Source: Rhynchobatus australiae (lineage: Eukaryota). From it: a stretch of DNA of 62,730 nucleotides. Below, piece by piece: positions 51,756 to 62,730 of the stretch. The stretch lies in contig JAUZTB010000057.1 of NCBI GenBank assembly GCA_034780895.1, forward strand, positions 19,820,113 through 19,882,842. Direction: 5' to 3'. Within the stretch, counting starts at the first letter, position 1, and each line of letters opens with the position of its first letter. The translations under genes and the position numbers were made by a program. The notes under the pieces were generated by a model. It saw nothing but the letters and a program-made list of their open reading frames with translations. It ran no database searches and was not told the DNA's origin.

Positions 51756-52260
51756 GAGACAGAAGAAACTGCAGATGCTGGAATCAGGAGCAACAAACTA
51801 TCTAGTGGAGGAACTCAGTGGGTCAACACAATTGTGCTAACTTACAGTAGCCAATGAACTACTAATGCATCTTTTGGGATGTGGGAGGAAATGGAACACC
51901 CAGAGGACACCCATGTGGTTACAGGGAGGACATACAAATTCCACACATAGACCACTGGAGGTTAGGATTGAGCCCAGGTAGCTGGAGCTGTGAGGCAACA
52001 GCAACACCTGCAGTATCACTGTAGTACCTTCACCACATCTCTCACCATCACCACTTGTCTCATTCAGTCTTTCTCTGTCTCCATCTTATCACAGACATTC
52101 TCTTTGTTCCCTCCACCTTTCTCCATCTTCTGAATCCCAAAACATTTTGATTTTTATTTTTTTCCAGACAACAACCCAGTCAATGACCCGAAATATTAAC
52201 CACATTTCTCTCTCCATGGATGCTGCCTGACCAGCTGTATTTTTTTTCCAGCTTTTGCCT
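51756..52260. repeat. Inverted Penelope-derived tail pair with nested SINE
   Basis: Left arm (-) ggagacagaagaaactgcagatgctggaatc; right arm (+) gacccgaaat...gatgctgcctgacc; an HE1-like SINE lies between them. Confidence 0.7.
51832..52022 (-). mobile_element. HE1/V-SINE-like SINE
   Basis: tttgggatgtgggaggaaatggaacacccagagg...gctggagctgtgaggcaacagc is the reverse complement of the SINE at 24040. Confidence 0.85.
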
Positions 52261-52314
52261 CTTAATTCAAAATTATTTCATTCAAATTTTCTTGATTTAA
52301 TTTTAATTAACTGT

Positions 52315-53005
52315 ATTAGATAAGAACTAGGGAGAGTCAATTGGGAACACCTGTTATTGGGTAAATCCACATCTGACATGTGGGAGTCTTTTCAAGACCA
52401 GCTGGTTAGAATTCAGGAGTTAAGTAAAGCATTTGACAAAATCCCTTGTGGTTAGGCTAATGCAGAAGATTAAGACTCATGGGATCCACGGTGAGTTGTA
52501 GGTTGGATTCAAAATTGGCTTATTCATAGGAGATAAATCATTTTGAGATGGGAAATGTAAAAGGAAAGTACGCAGTAAATGGCAGGACTCTTAGGAAGGT
52601 TGACGTACAGAGGGATCTTGGGGTGCAAGTCCATAGCTCCCTGAAAGTAGCAACACAAGTGGATAAGGTGGTGAAGATGGTGTACATGCTTGCCTTCATT
52701 AATCAGGGCACTGAGTATAGGTTGGCAAGTCACGTTGCAGCTGAACAAAACCAGTCCTGTCACATTTGGAGAACTACATCCATTTTTGGTCACTACATAA
52801 CAGAAAGGATGTGAAGGCTTTGGAGCCGGTGCAGAAGAGGTTCACCAGGATGTTGCCTAGACTAAAGAGTTTTAGCTACAAGGAGAGATGGGTCAAACTT
52901 AGATTGTTTTCTCTGGAGTGGAGGCTGATGGGTGACCTGATAGTATATAAAATTATGAGAGGCATAGATAGCTTAGATGGTCAGAATCTTTTCCCCAGGA
53001 TAGAA
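52315..53005 (+). mobile_element. CR1 LINE with several internal deletions
   Basis: KAFDKIP at 52426; ORFs QRDLGVQVHSSLKVATQVDKVVK and FWS...KDVKALEPVQKRFTRMLP...GDLIVYKIMRG. Confidence 0.9.
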
Positions 53006-53479
53006 GCTGTTCTATGTTCTCCTCAATATTTGAGAAGAAATATTTGGCATGACCAATCAATAATTCAGTTACGAGAGATTTGGGGAATGTTTCAGGAAGC
53101 AAATGACTATCTGTTATATTTCACTAAAGGGTCATTGTTCTGCCAGTGTATCCTGCTCATTGGAATAGGCTATAATGTTTAGCTGCTCTATTGTTCAACT
53201 GAAAGGCAAGCAATGTTAATCATAAATTAAGTCTACAGTTTATGACAGTGTGTGTTGATTATCTGAAACATCCTACATTTGCGTGATAATACATTACTGT
53301 GTCTGTTATATTTAGCAGCAGTTAAGATTAATTTCTATTTGCTGCAAAGTGAAGCTCATTCTACAAGACGGATCATGCCCCATCGGTGTTCATGCACCCC
53401 CAAGGAATAATGTGTAATCCAACATAATATCATTTGCACAGTTATTGACATGGTATTTTAATAAATTGTTACGCATTTA

Positions 53480-54330
53480 GTTTCTGGTTTCCTGTTCACC
53501 AGACAAGGCTTTGATTGTTGCATTTTATCAGAACAATGATTGGTTGATGATATTTAGTGCATCGGACAGGGGAACTAATTAGGAGGTTTGGGACTCATTG
53601 GAGAAAGGTTATTTGTAACGTGCCACATCAGAATTAATGTCTTTTCAACGACAGGATCACAGTAAAATATCTTTAAGTTAAATTAGCAAGTGTTGCTAAT
53701 TGATTACTGTGAGTAAAACCACAATTCTTTCCCCATATAATCCAGAGATATAAAAGTCTTGGAGCCAACCGCTACTCATCATGATTCAGGAACTGCCAGC
53801 TCATTTGAAAGTAGTTTCCTTCATTGATGAAGTCCTGTTTCATCTGCTCTCTGATTGTTAGCATATTTCTGGCATAAGCTATTGCTGGACACGATTTGTG
53901 GCTGTTGTTTGCACCCTCCTTCTTTCCCTGACAGCAACCACTTGTTGTGCAGGGCCCTTGTGAAGAGGTGCTTAGCATTCTTGCATTACTAATGAGATTT
54001 ATTCAACTCTAATTTAATAGGAATTCAACTGGACACCATTTGGAGGATGCTGGGGAGGAGAAATAGTTGATCGGCTAATATCGATGAGGCAGTCTCAGGA
54101 AATGAAGATGATCACAGTAAGGCAGGAGTTTGAAGGAGGTGCATGTGGCTCAGGCATGATTACATTTCAAACGTAAGCAATGTTTCATTTGGTGCTGGAA
54201 TAGTGAACATCCTGAGAAGGTTCCCTCCACCTCAGTAGGGTGAACAGTTATCAAAGGTGCAATCAGTGATGATGGGAGGAATCCATGGAGTGCATTCTGT
54301 AAATATGAAATGAAAAGCTACCAAAGGAAA
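53480..54330 (-). mobile_element. Old decayed LINE fragment (L2/CR1 superfamily)
   Basis: Weak resemblance to the 29460-30690 family; no readable motif, so the assignment is tentative. Confidence 0.35.
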
Positions 54331-54344
54331 CCTATCACTGATAA

Positions 54345-54945
54345 TTAGCAATACCATGTGGATACAGGCCCTTCGGCCCAACCAGTCCATGCCAACCACA
54401 GCTCCCACCCAGCCAGTCCCAATTTCCTGCGTTCGGCCCATATCCCTCCAAGCCCCACCCCTCCATGTACCTATCCAAGTGCTTCTTAAATNNNNNNNNN
54501 NNNNNNNNNNNNNNNNNNNNNNNNNNNNNNNNNNNNNNNNNNNNNNNNNNNNNNNNNNNNNNNNNNNNNNNNNNNNNNNNNNNNNNNNNNNGGCATAGAT
54601 AGGGTATACCATCTGAGTTTTTTTTAAACCCAGATAAAAATGTCAAGTACTTGAGGGCATAGGTTTAAAGTGAAAGGAGGAAAGTTTAAAGGAAATCTAC
54701 AAGGCAAGTTTTTTGTTTGTTTTATTTTGTACAGAGGGTGATAGATGCCTGGGACATGCTGCCAGGGGAAGTGGTAGAAGCATACAATAGCTGAGAAGCA
54801 TTTAGACAGACACATGATCAGGCAGGGAATAGAAGGATATGGACTCTGTGCAGGCAGATGGGAATAGTTTAGATTGGCATCATGGTTGGCACAGACATTA
54901 TGGGCTGAAGGGCCTGTTCCTATGCTGTGCTGTTCTATGTTCTAA
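54345..54945. mobile_element. Two CR1 3' ends in opposite orientation either side of a gap
   Basis: 54345-54491 (-) translates FKKHLDRYME then 3' UTR; 54592-54945 (+) ends gggctgaagggcctgttcctatgctgtgctgttctatgttcta. Confidence 0.85.
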
Positions 54946-55789
54946 CCCTTCATGTGCTATTTCAAATTCTTAACTCAAACTGGAATGTTGGATAAACGTT
55001 TAGTGAAAAAATAGGTTTTGAAATGGTTCAAAAACACTTGAGTATTCTGTCTACAAAGTGTTTCACAAAATTTGTGCTTATGGCTCAAATCTTTAAAACC
55101 TGGATCAGCTGCCATCCATCTGAAAGACCACAAGTATTATTGTGGTATGGTAAACACATTATTCCTTGGGTGACATAAACAATGCATTAAGATCTCAAAT
55201 ATATAGTTACTCAAGGCTTGAAAGTAACGAGTCTTACATCACCATAAGGTCAATTCCAACAAGAACATTACTTTTCTGTACTTCCAGGGGGTAACCTGCT
55301 TGGGCAGCTCTTCTGATTATTATGCTATGAAGCAGGAATGTGGGAAGATGCTCTCTGCACGTATGGCACAAAAAGTTTTAATCCAATGCATTTGTTCATC
55401 AGACTGTTCCTAGAACCTCATCAACTCTAAGCAATGGGATGCAACTACTGGAGGTTGACAAGTCCTAGATGCACTCGGTATATTCTCCTTCTACAAAGTC
55501 ATTTGTACACAAGTTGCATTTTTTATTTTAAGACTAATGTGCAATTTGTAATTTGGGCATTTGTCTGCCCAATGGCAAAGCTAATGACACTGCTCTGTAA
55601 ATCTCATCATATTATCCCACATAATTCATGAGATTCAAAATACATTTTGGTTTCAAAATCCAGATCATGAATGCAGATAGAAATTAAGACTAGATGTGTC
55701 AACACTGTGGTTCAGAATTAATAGAGAAGTTGCAGAGAGTGGCGATGGGACTTGTTTCGTAAGGCACAACCCCTGTCCACCACATTCGA

Positions 55790-56250
55790 AGCATTTCTAT
55801 TCAAAGATCCTACAAGATGGCAGGACAGATAGATAAAGGTGGTTAAAAAAGCATAGGAATGCTTTCCTTTATTTTCTTTAAGGATAGGGAGGTTATGTTA
55901 GAACTGTTTACAACACCAGTTTGACCACAGCTTGAATACTGCACATAGCTTCCCTTAGTAGAGTTCAAAAACCAGGGGCATAGATTTTAAGTAATTTGTA
56001 GAAGGACTAGATGAGGGATTTTTTTTTGTTCTGGGGATTGGTAAAGATCTTTTACTCACCACCTGAAAGGGCAAGAGGCAGAAATTTTCATATTTAAATA
56101 TATGGATGTGATTTGAAGGTCTGTGCCCTGCAAGACTATGGGCCGAGTGTTGAAAGGTGGGATTAGGCTACGTGGCACCTTTTCAAATAGCATGGATGTG
56201 ATGGGCCGACTGGCCTCCAATGTCATAACTTTTATACGATTTTATGGTTT
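55790..56250 (+). mobile_element. CR1 3' fragment
   Basis: gaccacagcttgaatactgc...aaaaccaggggcatagatttt...gatgggccgactggcctcc. Confidence 0.75.
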
Positions 56251-57049
56251 CCGCATCTAGGACATTGCTAGTCCCCTACTCTTTGATACATCCAGTCCTC
56301 CCAACCATTTCTTGACATCTCTTGGAGTGAATCAAATTGGCTGAACACTAGCTTCTGTGACGGCAGGGACCTCAGAAGAAGGCAGAGATGGATTGAGCTA
56401 TTCAGCACTTCTGACTTAAAGATGAAACATCTGTAACCATCTTATCCTTGGCACTTATATTGAGGATTGGGACGCACTTGAAGCCTTCTCTTCCTGCTAG
56501 GTGTTTAATTGCCACCAGCATCACAACTGAACGTGGCAGCACTGTAGTGCTTTGATCTATAGTGGAATTGCTTAGTTCTATCTATATCATGCTGCTTCTA
56601 TTTAACATGCAAGTAACCCAGTGTTGTGGCAGCTGAGGCACCAAGACTCTTGGATTTACTCTTGCATTCCAGTTGTAAAAAGGCTTCTGTTTATTCTCTC
56701 ATGTTTGTGTATCCTACAGTCATCCAGAAGTGAAATACTTTTTTAAAAAAAATAAAACCTCAGACTTACTCAAAGCATAATACTTTTAATATTTTCCACA
56801 ATTAAATGATGACTCACAGAATTTTGAAAATCAAAGCCAAAAATGTGTTCTAATATCCCCAGAAGTTAATATATAGCAAGTGTGGTTGTTTACTCAGTTC
56901 TGCACTGCCTCAATATTATTCNNNNNNNNNNNNNNNNNNNNNNNNNNNNNNNNNNNNNNNNNNNNNNNNNNNNNNNNNNNNNNNNNNNNNNNNNNNNNNN
57001 NNNNNNNNNNNNNNNNNNNNNATTATTCACTTTATCTCTTCCTCCCTTT

Positions 57050-57790
57050 TTAAACAAACATTAACAGTCTCCAATTCACAGGCATTAGTCCTGTGGGCAG
57101 GAAGGACTGAAAAAAAATGGTCAGATCCGCTGTAATCTACTCCTTTGCTTCATTTAACAGCCTGGCAAAGAGTAACCCTTAATACTTTTCTTACTATTCC
57201 ACCCAATATTTTACTCTCTTCCTCCTTAATTCCACCATCGGCATCACCCAATTTTTTTGTCAAGACAGCCAGACAATACTTATTAAGGTCCATTCCCACA
57301 TCCTCAGCCTCCACAAAAAGGTTCCTTTTTTGGTCCCTAATACCTTCTATTTTTTTTCCTAAATTAACCTCTTCCTCTTTATGTTTAGTTTTGTTGCAGC
57401 AAGAAGTTGAAAAATTACATAGTAATGATGCAACACATATTTTATGTTCAATGTTCAAATTCCCTCTCTATTCTTCCCACTTAGCAGCCAGAAGCTGGGC
57501 CTGGTATCACNNNNNNNNNNATCTTACCGGCCAATTTTATTTCCATGCACCTTCTTTCTGTCTTCCTAATTTCCATTACAATTTCACTTTCTATACCCTT
57601 CAATCCTTCTCTTTTTTTTGCTTTATCCTACCTTCTATGCACAGTATTCAGGGGCTCCAGATGTGCCAGTCCCACAATTTTTCTTTGAGAGGTGGTTAGC
57701 CTGAACCCCTTGAATACATCTCATTGACCTGACACTGACTTATTTTCATGTGGCTGTTTCCAGTCCGTTTTTGCTAATTCACGTCTTAAC
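57050..57790 (-). mobile_element. Decayed CR1 ORF2 fragment
   Basis: ORF 57150-57458 KIEGIRDQKRNLFVEAEDVGMDLNKYCLAVLTK matches the CR1 linker (IGPLKDQxGNLxVExExMGExLNEYFxSVFT). Confidence 0.75.
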
Positions 57791-57827
57791 CTGTTAGAAT
57801 CTTTTACATGAAAAGCGAATAATGGTA

Positions 57828-57962
57828 CACACTGCAAATCTGAATAAAAACAGAATATGCTGGTGATATTCAGCAAGTCACACAATGGCAGATAAAAGAT
57901 CATTGACCCCTTCCACTGATACTGCCTAACCTACTGAGTATCTCCAGCTTATTCTGTTTGAA
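57828..57962. repeat. Inverted Penelope-derived tail pair
   Basis: aaacagaatatgctggtgatattcagcaagt versus cctactgagtatctccagcttattctgttt (imperfect reverse complement). Confidence 0.7.
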
Positions 57963-58239
57963 TCTTTAGTCTGGCTTTATCATTATCCTTTTCAATGAGT
58001 ATGCTAAATTAACTGAATTATTACCACTATCACAAAATGGCTCTCCCACTGGAAACGACTTCTGCAGAGTACTATACATGGAACCTGATGTATTGAGGAA
58101 TTGGGTGATGATGGGAACTTTAGTGGACGGGAACAAGAGGGCATAATTATAAGCAAAGTAGGTATGGGGATCCAAAAGATATTCCTGGAAGAGCCTCAGT
58201 CCTTTCACTTATCCAGCAATTCTTGCAACTTCTGTGGAC

Positions 58240-58578
58240 AAGAGCAGAAACTGTACTAAAGACTGACCACAGTCCTAGTGCAGAGACTAGTCAAGATGGA
58301 GGAATGAAAAGGAATATAGTGGTGATAGTGAACAGCATAGTTAGAGGAGCAGATACTGCATTCTGCAGCTGCTAGAATGTGGTGTTGCCTGCCCAATAAA
58401 AGGTTCAGGACATCTCCTCAGGAACTATGAATGGGAGGTCAAAGATCAATCATATTGATTCACATCAGTGCCAACAACACAGGAATAAGAAAGCGATCCT
58501 ACTGAGGGAACAGGTGCAGCTTGGCTCCAACTTAAACAGAATCACAATAGGAAGAGTTTCTGGATAATTACCTGAGCT
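58240..58578 (+). mobile_element. CR1 ORF1 (SGNH esterase-like) fragment
   Basis: IVVIVNSIVRGADTAFCSC...CCLP...VQDISS resembles CR1 ORF1 VVIGDSIVRGTDxxFCG...CCLPGARVxDI. Confidence 0.7.
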
Positions 58579-58579
58579 A

Positions 58580-58860
58580 GAGAAAAAGGACTGCAGATGC
58601 TGGAATCTAGATTAAAAACATAATGATGTTGGAGGAACTCAGCAGGCCAGACAGCATCTGTGGGGAAAAGCAGGCGGTCAACGTTTTAGGTCAGGACCTT
58701 CTTCAGGGCTGAAGATAGGAAAAGGGGAAGCCAAATATAGAGGAGGAAAAGCAGAGCAGTGAGGTGGACAAATGAGGGGAGGTGGGGTGGGCACAACGTG
58801 GTAAATATGGACCAGATGCATAAACATGCAGACTGATAAGAAAGGCACCCAGGACTGATA
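58580..58860 (-). mobile_element. Penelope-derived tail with hammerhead-like motif
   Basis: gactgcagatgctggaatct...ggaggaactcagcaggcc. The minus strand at 58706->58680 reads CTGAAGA-AGGTC-ct-GACCT-AAAAC-GTT. Confidence 0.8.
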
Positions 58861-60384
58861 CATTATCTATCATAGACCACAAGAGAATCTGGACCACCCC
58901 CACCTCCAAAACTCACTCATCACCCACCATTAAACTGGCTTGGATCAGATAATCATCATTTGAACTTCAGGAATTACAGCAAAATGCCCCATTTCTTACC
59001 ATGGGGGCATTGTATGCATCTTCCAACTCTTGCTAATCTAATCATTTTTGAATAATTTCATCAAACATGAAACGGATTAAGAAACATTTTTAAATCCCAC
59101 CACAAAATAGTCAGAAAAATTACAAACTTACTTAATTACTTGAACTCAACAAAAAAACTAAATTCAGTGTTGAAAACCTTGAAATTACCCAATTGTTGCA
59201 AAAATCCTCATCTCTTATGTCCTCATCCTATCCAGTGGATCATATCTACAACTCCAAATCTGCCAACATGGTTGACTTATAACTGTCCACTGCAGAATTA
59301 TCCACACCCCTTGAATTAATTAAAAATAACACCAGCAACAATTGTACCAATACCTCCCACCCCATAAAAGAAAACTTTCAAAATGTGCAATAATCAAGTA
59401 GCTGAAGCAAATACTGCGATCCAGCCAGCCACCCAAGTGATAAACAAGAGCTACTAATTTTTTGCCCAGGTACCAAATACACTTTGCAAGATGGACAATA
59501 CATTGTTTGTGAGTCGAGAGGATTACTTCAACTGCCAGATCTGAGCACAACCTAGAAGCAATAGTAATAAAGTAGCAACACAAATGCTAAATCTGAAGAC
59601 ATAGGAGTCAGCAAATAGAAAAGGAAACAGCATGCAACATTTGGAAGTATGTCTACAGTTTATTTTGCAACTCCAGTAGATCTTCTCCAAGTAACAGAGT
59701 TAGTTTGGAGTTAATTAAGTGCAGACAGGAATCAAAGGAGGCACACCAGAAATAAAGCCATTCAAAATTGTGATGAAAACAGAAGTATTAACAGAGGAAT
59801 GTGCCACCAAAAATATCCCACTGCACAGGTTAAGCACCCTTGTGAAGTTGAAAAAAAACTTGACATCTACCTTAGTTAGTTTCTTTTTTCATTTATATAG
59901 ACTATATGTAAAATAATCCTATAATTAGATAGAAATCATGGTGGCTTCAGTCAGGCATTTCCTGCTCCTGAATAGCTCAGTGGATAACTGGTCAGTGGCT
60001 GTAGAAAAGCAATTGCCTTTATTATCCAGACTTGGCTAAGATTTCCACTCCTGTGCCTAGAATTGGCTTTCACTACTTTTGTTGAACTATGCACAGCACT
60101 AATATACAATCGGTTCCCCGGGGTGGGGAAAGCAGGGGAACTAATCTAAAAGAGGTCAGAACCAGCATTACAGTCACTCATAAATCAGAAACATACTAAA
60201 ACAGGGTCAGGCTCAATTGAACACAACTTCAACAATTGAAGAACTCGCTGCACAAGAATCTGAGAGAGGGTATCAGTCCTCAAAGATGTTAGACACTCTA
60301 ACATTAATAGCAAATGAGGCTAGTCAAAATTTCACCTGGAAATGATTACCTAACCTGCTTTTATATTCAATTTGCCAGTCAATC

Positions 60385-60880
60385 CAATTTCTAGGTCCCA
60401 ATTCCCACAATGGAATTGTGTCCAATTCCAGTCACCACACTTTAGGAAGGATGTAAACATCCTGGAAAGGATGCAAGAAAAATTTACTGGAAGCCTCCCA
60501 GGGACAAGGAATTCTAACCTCAAGGTTAAACTGTAGCAGGTGGCCATCATTCTCCTTGGAGCAGAGATGGTTCATTGAAATCTGGCAGTGATAGAGGTGC
60601 ATAAGATGCACTAAATAGAGGCTGTTCTCATTAGCAGTGGCTCAAGGAACAGAGAAACCATATCTGAAGTGATGGGCAAAATATTCAAGTGAAACACAAA
60701 GCAAAATGCACTCTAAAGGGCAGTGGAAACATTGGCTTAGAACTTCAAAAAGGGGTTAGAAAGACACTTGAACAATTTCAAGAGCTATGTTAAGAAAGCA
60801 GGGTCAATGGGACTGACTGGATCATTCTGCAGGGAGCCACCACGGACTTGTTGAACCAAATGGTTACTTTTGTGCCCTAA
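60385..60880 (+). mobile_element. CR1 3' fragment
   Basis: aattgtgtccaattccagtcaccacactttaggaaggatgt...ctggaaaggatgcaagaaaaattt (CVQFxSPHFRKDV..LERMQ). Confidence 0.8.
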
Positions 60881-61239
60881 TGATAGGCTCTCCCAAGGTG
60901 GAGTTACATGAAGAACCAAGGAGGAAATAATTCCATGTTTTCCTACTTTTCAAAAGTACTTTGATTTTCACTGCTCATACCACAGCTAATGGGACTGAAG
61001 GACTGCGACCATCCCTTTCATGCTAACAGCAATAAAAGACCTTTTACATAATCAAATCTGTCAAGTCATTTTGAAGGAGTGTAATAGGGCAAAGGATGTT
61101 GGGGTTGGAATTGCAAGAAGGCAAAGTTTCTGAAGGGTTTATAGACATTGAAGAAATTACTGAGAATACAAAACTCAAGAAATAGAAATCACCTTTTTGC
61201 AGAATTATTCAGAAGCTGAAGTTAGCTAGTGCCTGTATT

Positions 61240-61860
61240 CTTTTATTTGAATCAGAGAGCTGTGAACCAACTTTCCACTACAGCAAGAAATGGGAACAGG
61301 AGTTTGTCATTTGGTCCTTTGAGTCTGTTCCACCAACNNNNNNNNNNNNNNNNNNNNNNNNNNNNNAAACACCATTTTTCTGTGCTATTCTCAACTGCTT
61401 TAATATCCAGAAATCTATTGCAATCAGCTTCCACAGCCTTTCCTGGCAAGGAATAAAAAGATCCACAATCCATTGAGTGAAGAAATTTCTCCTCATTTCA
61501 GTTCAATGTGAACTATCCCTTATTTTAAGACTGTGATCCTGGTTCTAGTTTTCTTAACCAGACAAAACATTCCCCCCACATCTAACCTGTTGAGCCCTGT
61601 AAAAGGTTTTACACATTTCAATGGGGTTGCCTTTCAATTCTTCTAAACTCTAGAGAACAGAGGCCTGGTCTCTTCGATCTCACCTATGACAGACCCACCA
61701 CTGCAAGAACTAGGTTGATGAATCTTCACTGCACTCTCTCTGCAGAAAATATATCCTCTTTTAGGCAAGCAAACCAAAATTGTACACAATATTCCAGCTC
61801 TGGTCTCTCCAAGGCCTATATAACTGTAGTGAGACATCTTTACTATTATACTCAAATCCT
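61240..61860 (-). mobile_element. CR1 3' fragment
   Basis: ORF 61278-61496 MRRNFFTQWIVDL; the minus strand near 61810 has gagaccagagctggaatattgtgtacaattttgg. Confidence 0.85.
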
Positions 61861-62206
61861 ATCACAACAAAATCCATGAGCTCAAAAATCACAGCTGTTA
61901 CCTTATCACAGGAATGCAAAATGAGGGCTGCACCCAAACTGAGAAGATAACAGGCTGGATCATGCCAGCCTGGTGCTATCACCCACAGTCTGCACTTACC
62001 TGAGTATATCTCACTGGGCTAGAGTCCAGCAGCGTGATCTCAATAGTAGCAGAGCTCTGACAGCATTGAGCAAGGGCCCCACCTATGAAACTCTGACAAC
62101 CACCAAAGCTGAGGATGGGACACAGCAGGCTCTGAAATCTGTCATTCTTTTTTTCCCCCCAAAAATGCCCCACATCCACAGACATTTAAAAATAAAAAAC
62201 TCAATT

Positions 62207-62254
62207 CAAAGCACATATTAAAATAAAGCAAAATAAAATTTAATATGTGCTTTG
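62207..62254. repeat. Perfect 16-bp inverted repeat (hairpin)
   Basis: caaagcacatattaaa - 16 nt - tttaatatgtgctttg. Confidence 0.95.
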
Positions 62255-62730
62255 CCTCCTGAACCTTTGCCCTATAATCCCCATTGAAATTAATGGCCTT
62301 GCAGATCCTGCATTAGGTCAAACCTGGGGCAAGATTCCCAAGGCAATTCCCTTTGGAAATCCCAGCAAAGCTGGGGTTCATGGCTGGACTTCCTGGTGTT
62401 AGGGTTACGGGGAGTCCAGCAGCAGTACAAACTGACAGATTTGGCCAGTGAATCTGTTTCAGCAGCAGCAAATGTCAGCACAATCCAGAGCAATAAAACC
62501 CTGCTAGGGTTTCTTACTTATTTCTACAGTACCAGGAAATAAAGCGCTTTTGTTGTTTGCTTTTATTCTGCTTTTTTTTTTAAATTGCCATCTTACAATC
62601 TTCAAAAACATGCAGCAATTTCCTTTTGTGGATTTCACAGGATTGAAAACACAATTTTTAAATTTAAAAAATTCTCAGCCACCAAAGCACATTGAGTATA
62701 GTCTTAAAAGAATGATGCATTCGATACATT

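Larger units (their letters stand above)
37195..62730 (-). other. SETD1B: SETD1B intron upstream of the Pro-rich exon (at least 25 kb)
   Basis: Polypyrimidine tract plus AG at 37195-37215. The preceding large exon (DSLDSRIEMLL-containing) is not seen in any ORF. Confidence 0.7.

Noticed and set aside
57145-57699. 184-aa hydrophobic ORF on +
   Set aside because: Antisense reading of a decayed, purine-rich CR1 fragment.
1-62730. Prokaryotic-type systems (operons, defence islands, CRISPR, prophage) or endogenous virus genes
   Set aside because: The sequence is vertebrate intronic DNA with no long intact non-host ORFs and no viral or bacterial motifs.

Overview
Eukaryotic, vertebrate genomic DNA, not microbial. 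The repeat families (HE1/V-SINE-like tRNA SINEs, CR1 LINEs, Penelope-like tails) point to a cartilaginous fish (shark or ray); this is inferred from recalled repeat consensus sequences. The window lies inside a minus-strand SETD1B (KMT2G, H3K4 methyltransferase) gene. Only one coding exon is recognisable: the proline-rich exon at 37194->35542, with canonical AG/GT ends. In this assembly that exon is interrupted by about 730 bp of LTR-like and pyrimidine-rich repeat sequence plus a 100-N gap, which is most likely a mis-join. The rest is intron packed with decayed transposons: many CR1 fragments, RTE, Tx1, L2/CR1-like and Penelope-like elements, a DD34E IR/DR Tc1 element, a ZBED1-like hAT fossil, a solo LTR with a 4-bp target-site duplication (TSD), and SINEs. 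The most interesting non-coding signal is a recurring hammerhead-ribozyme-like core (CTGAnGA - hairpin - GAAAC-GTH) in the Penelope-derived repeats, often in inverted pairs; one copy is a free ~150-bp insert with a TSD. I found no convincing evidence of a new biological system. All family assignments come from motif recognition without database searches, and repeat boundaries are approximate (about +/-30-50 bp) unless stated.
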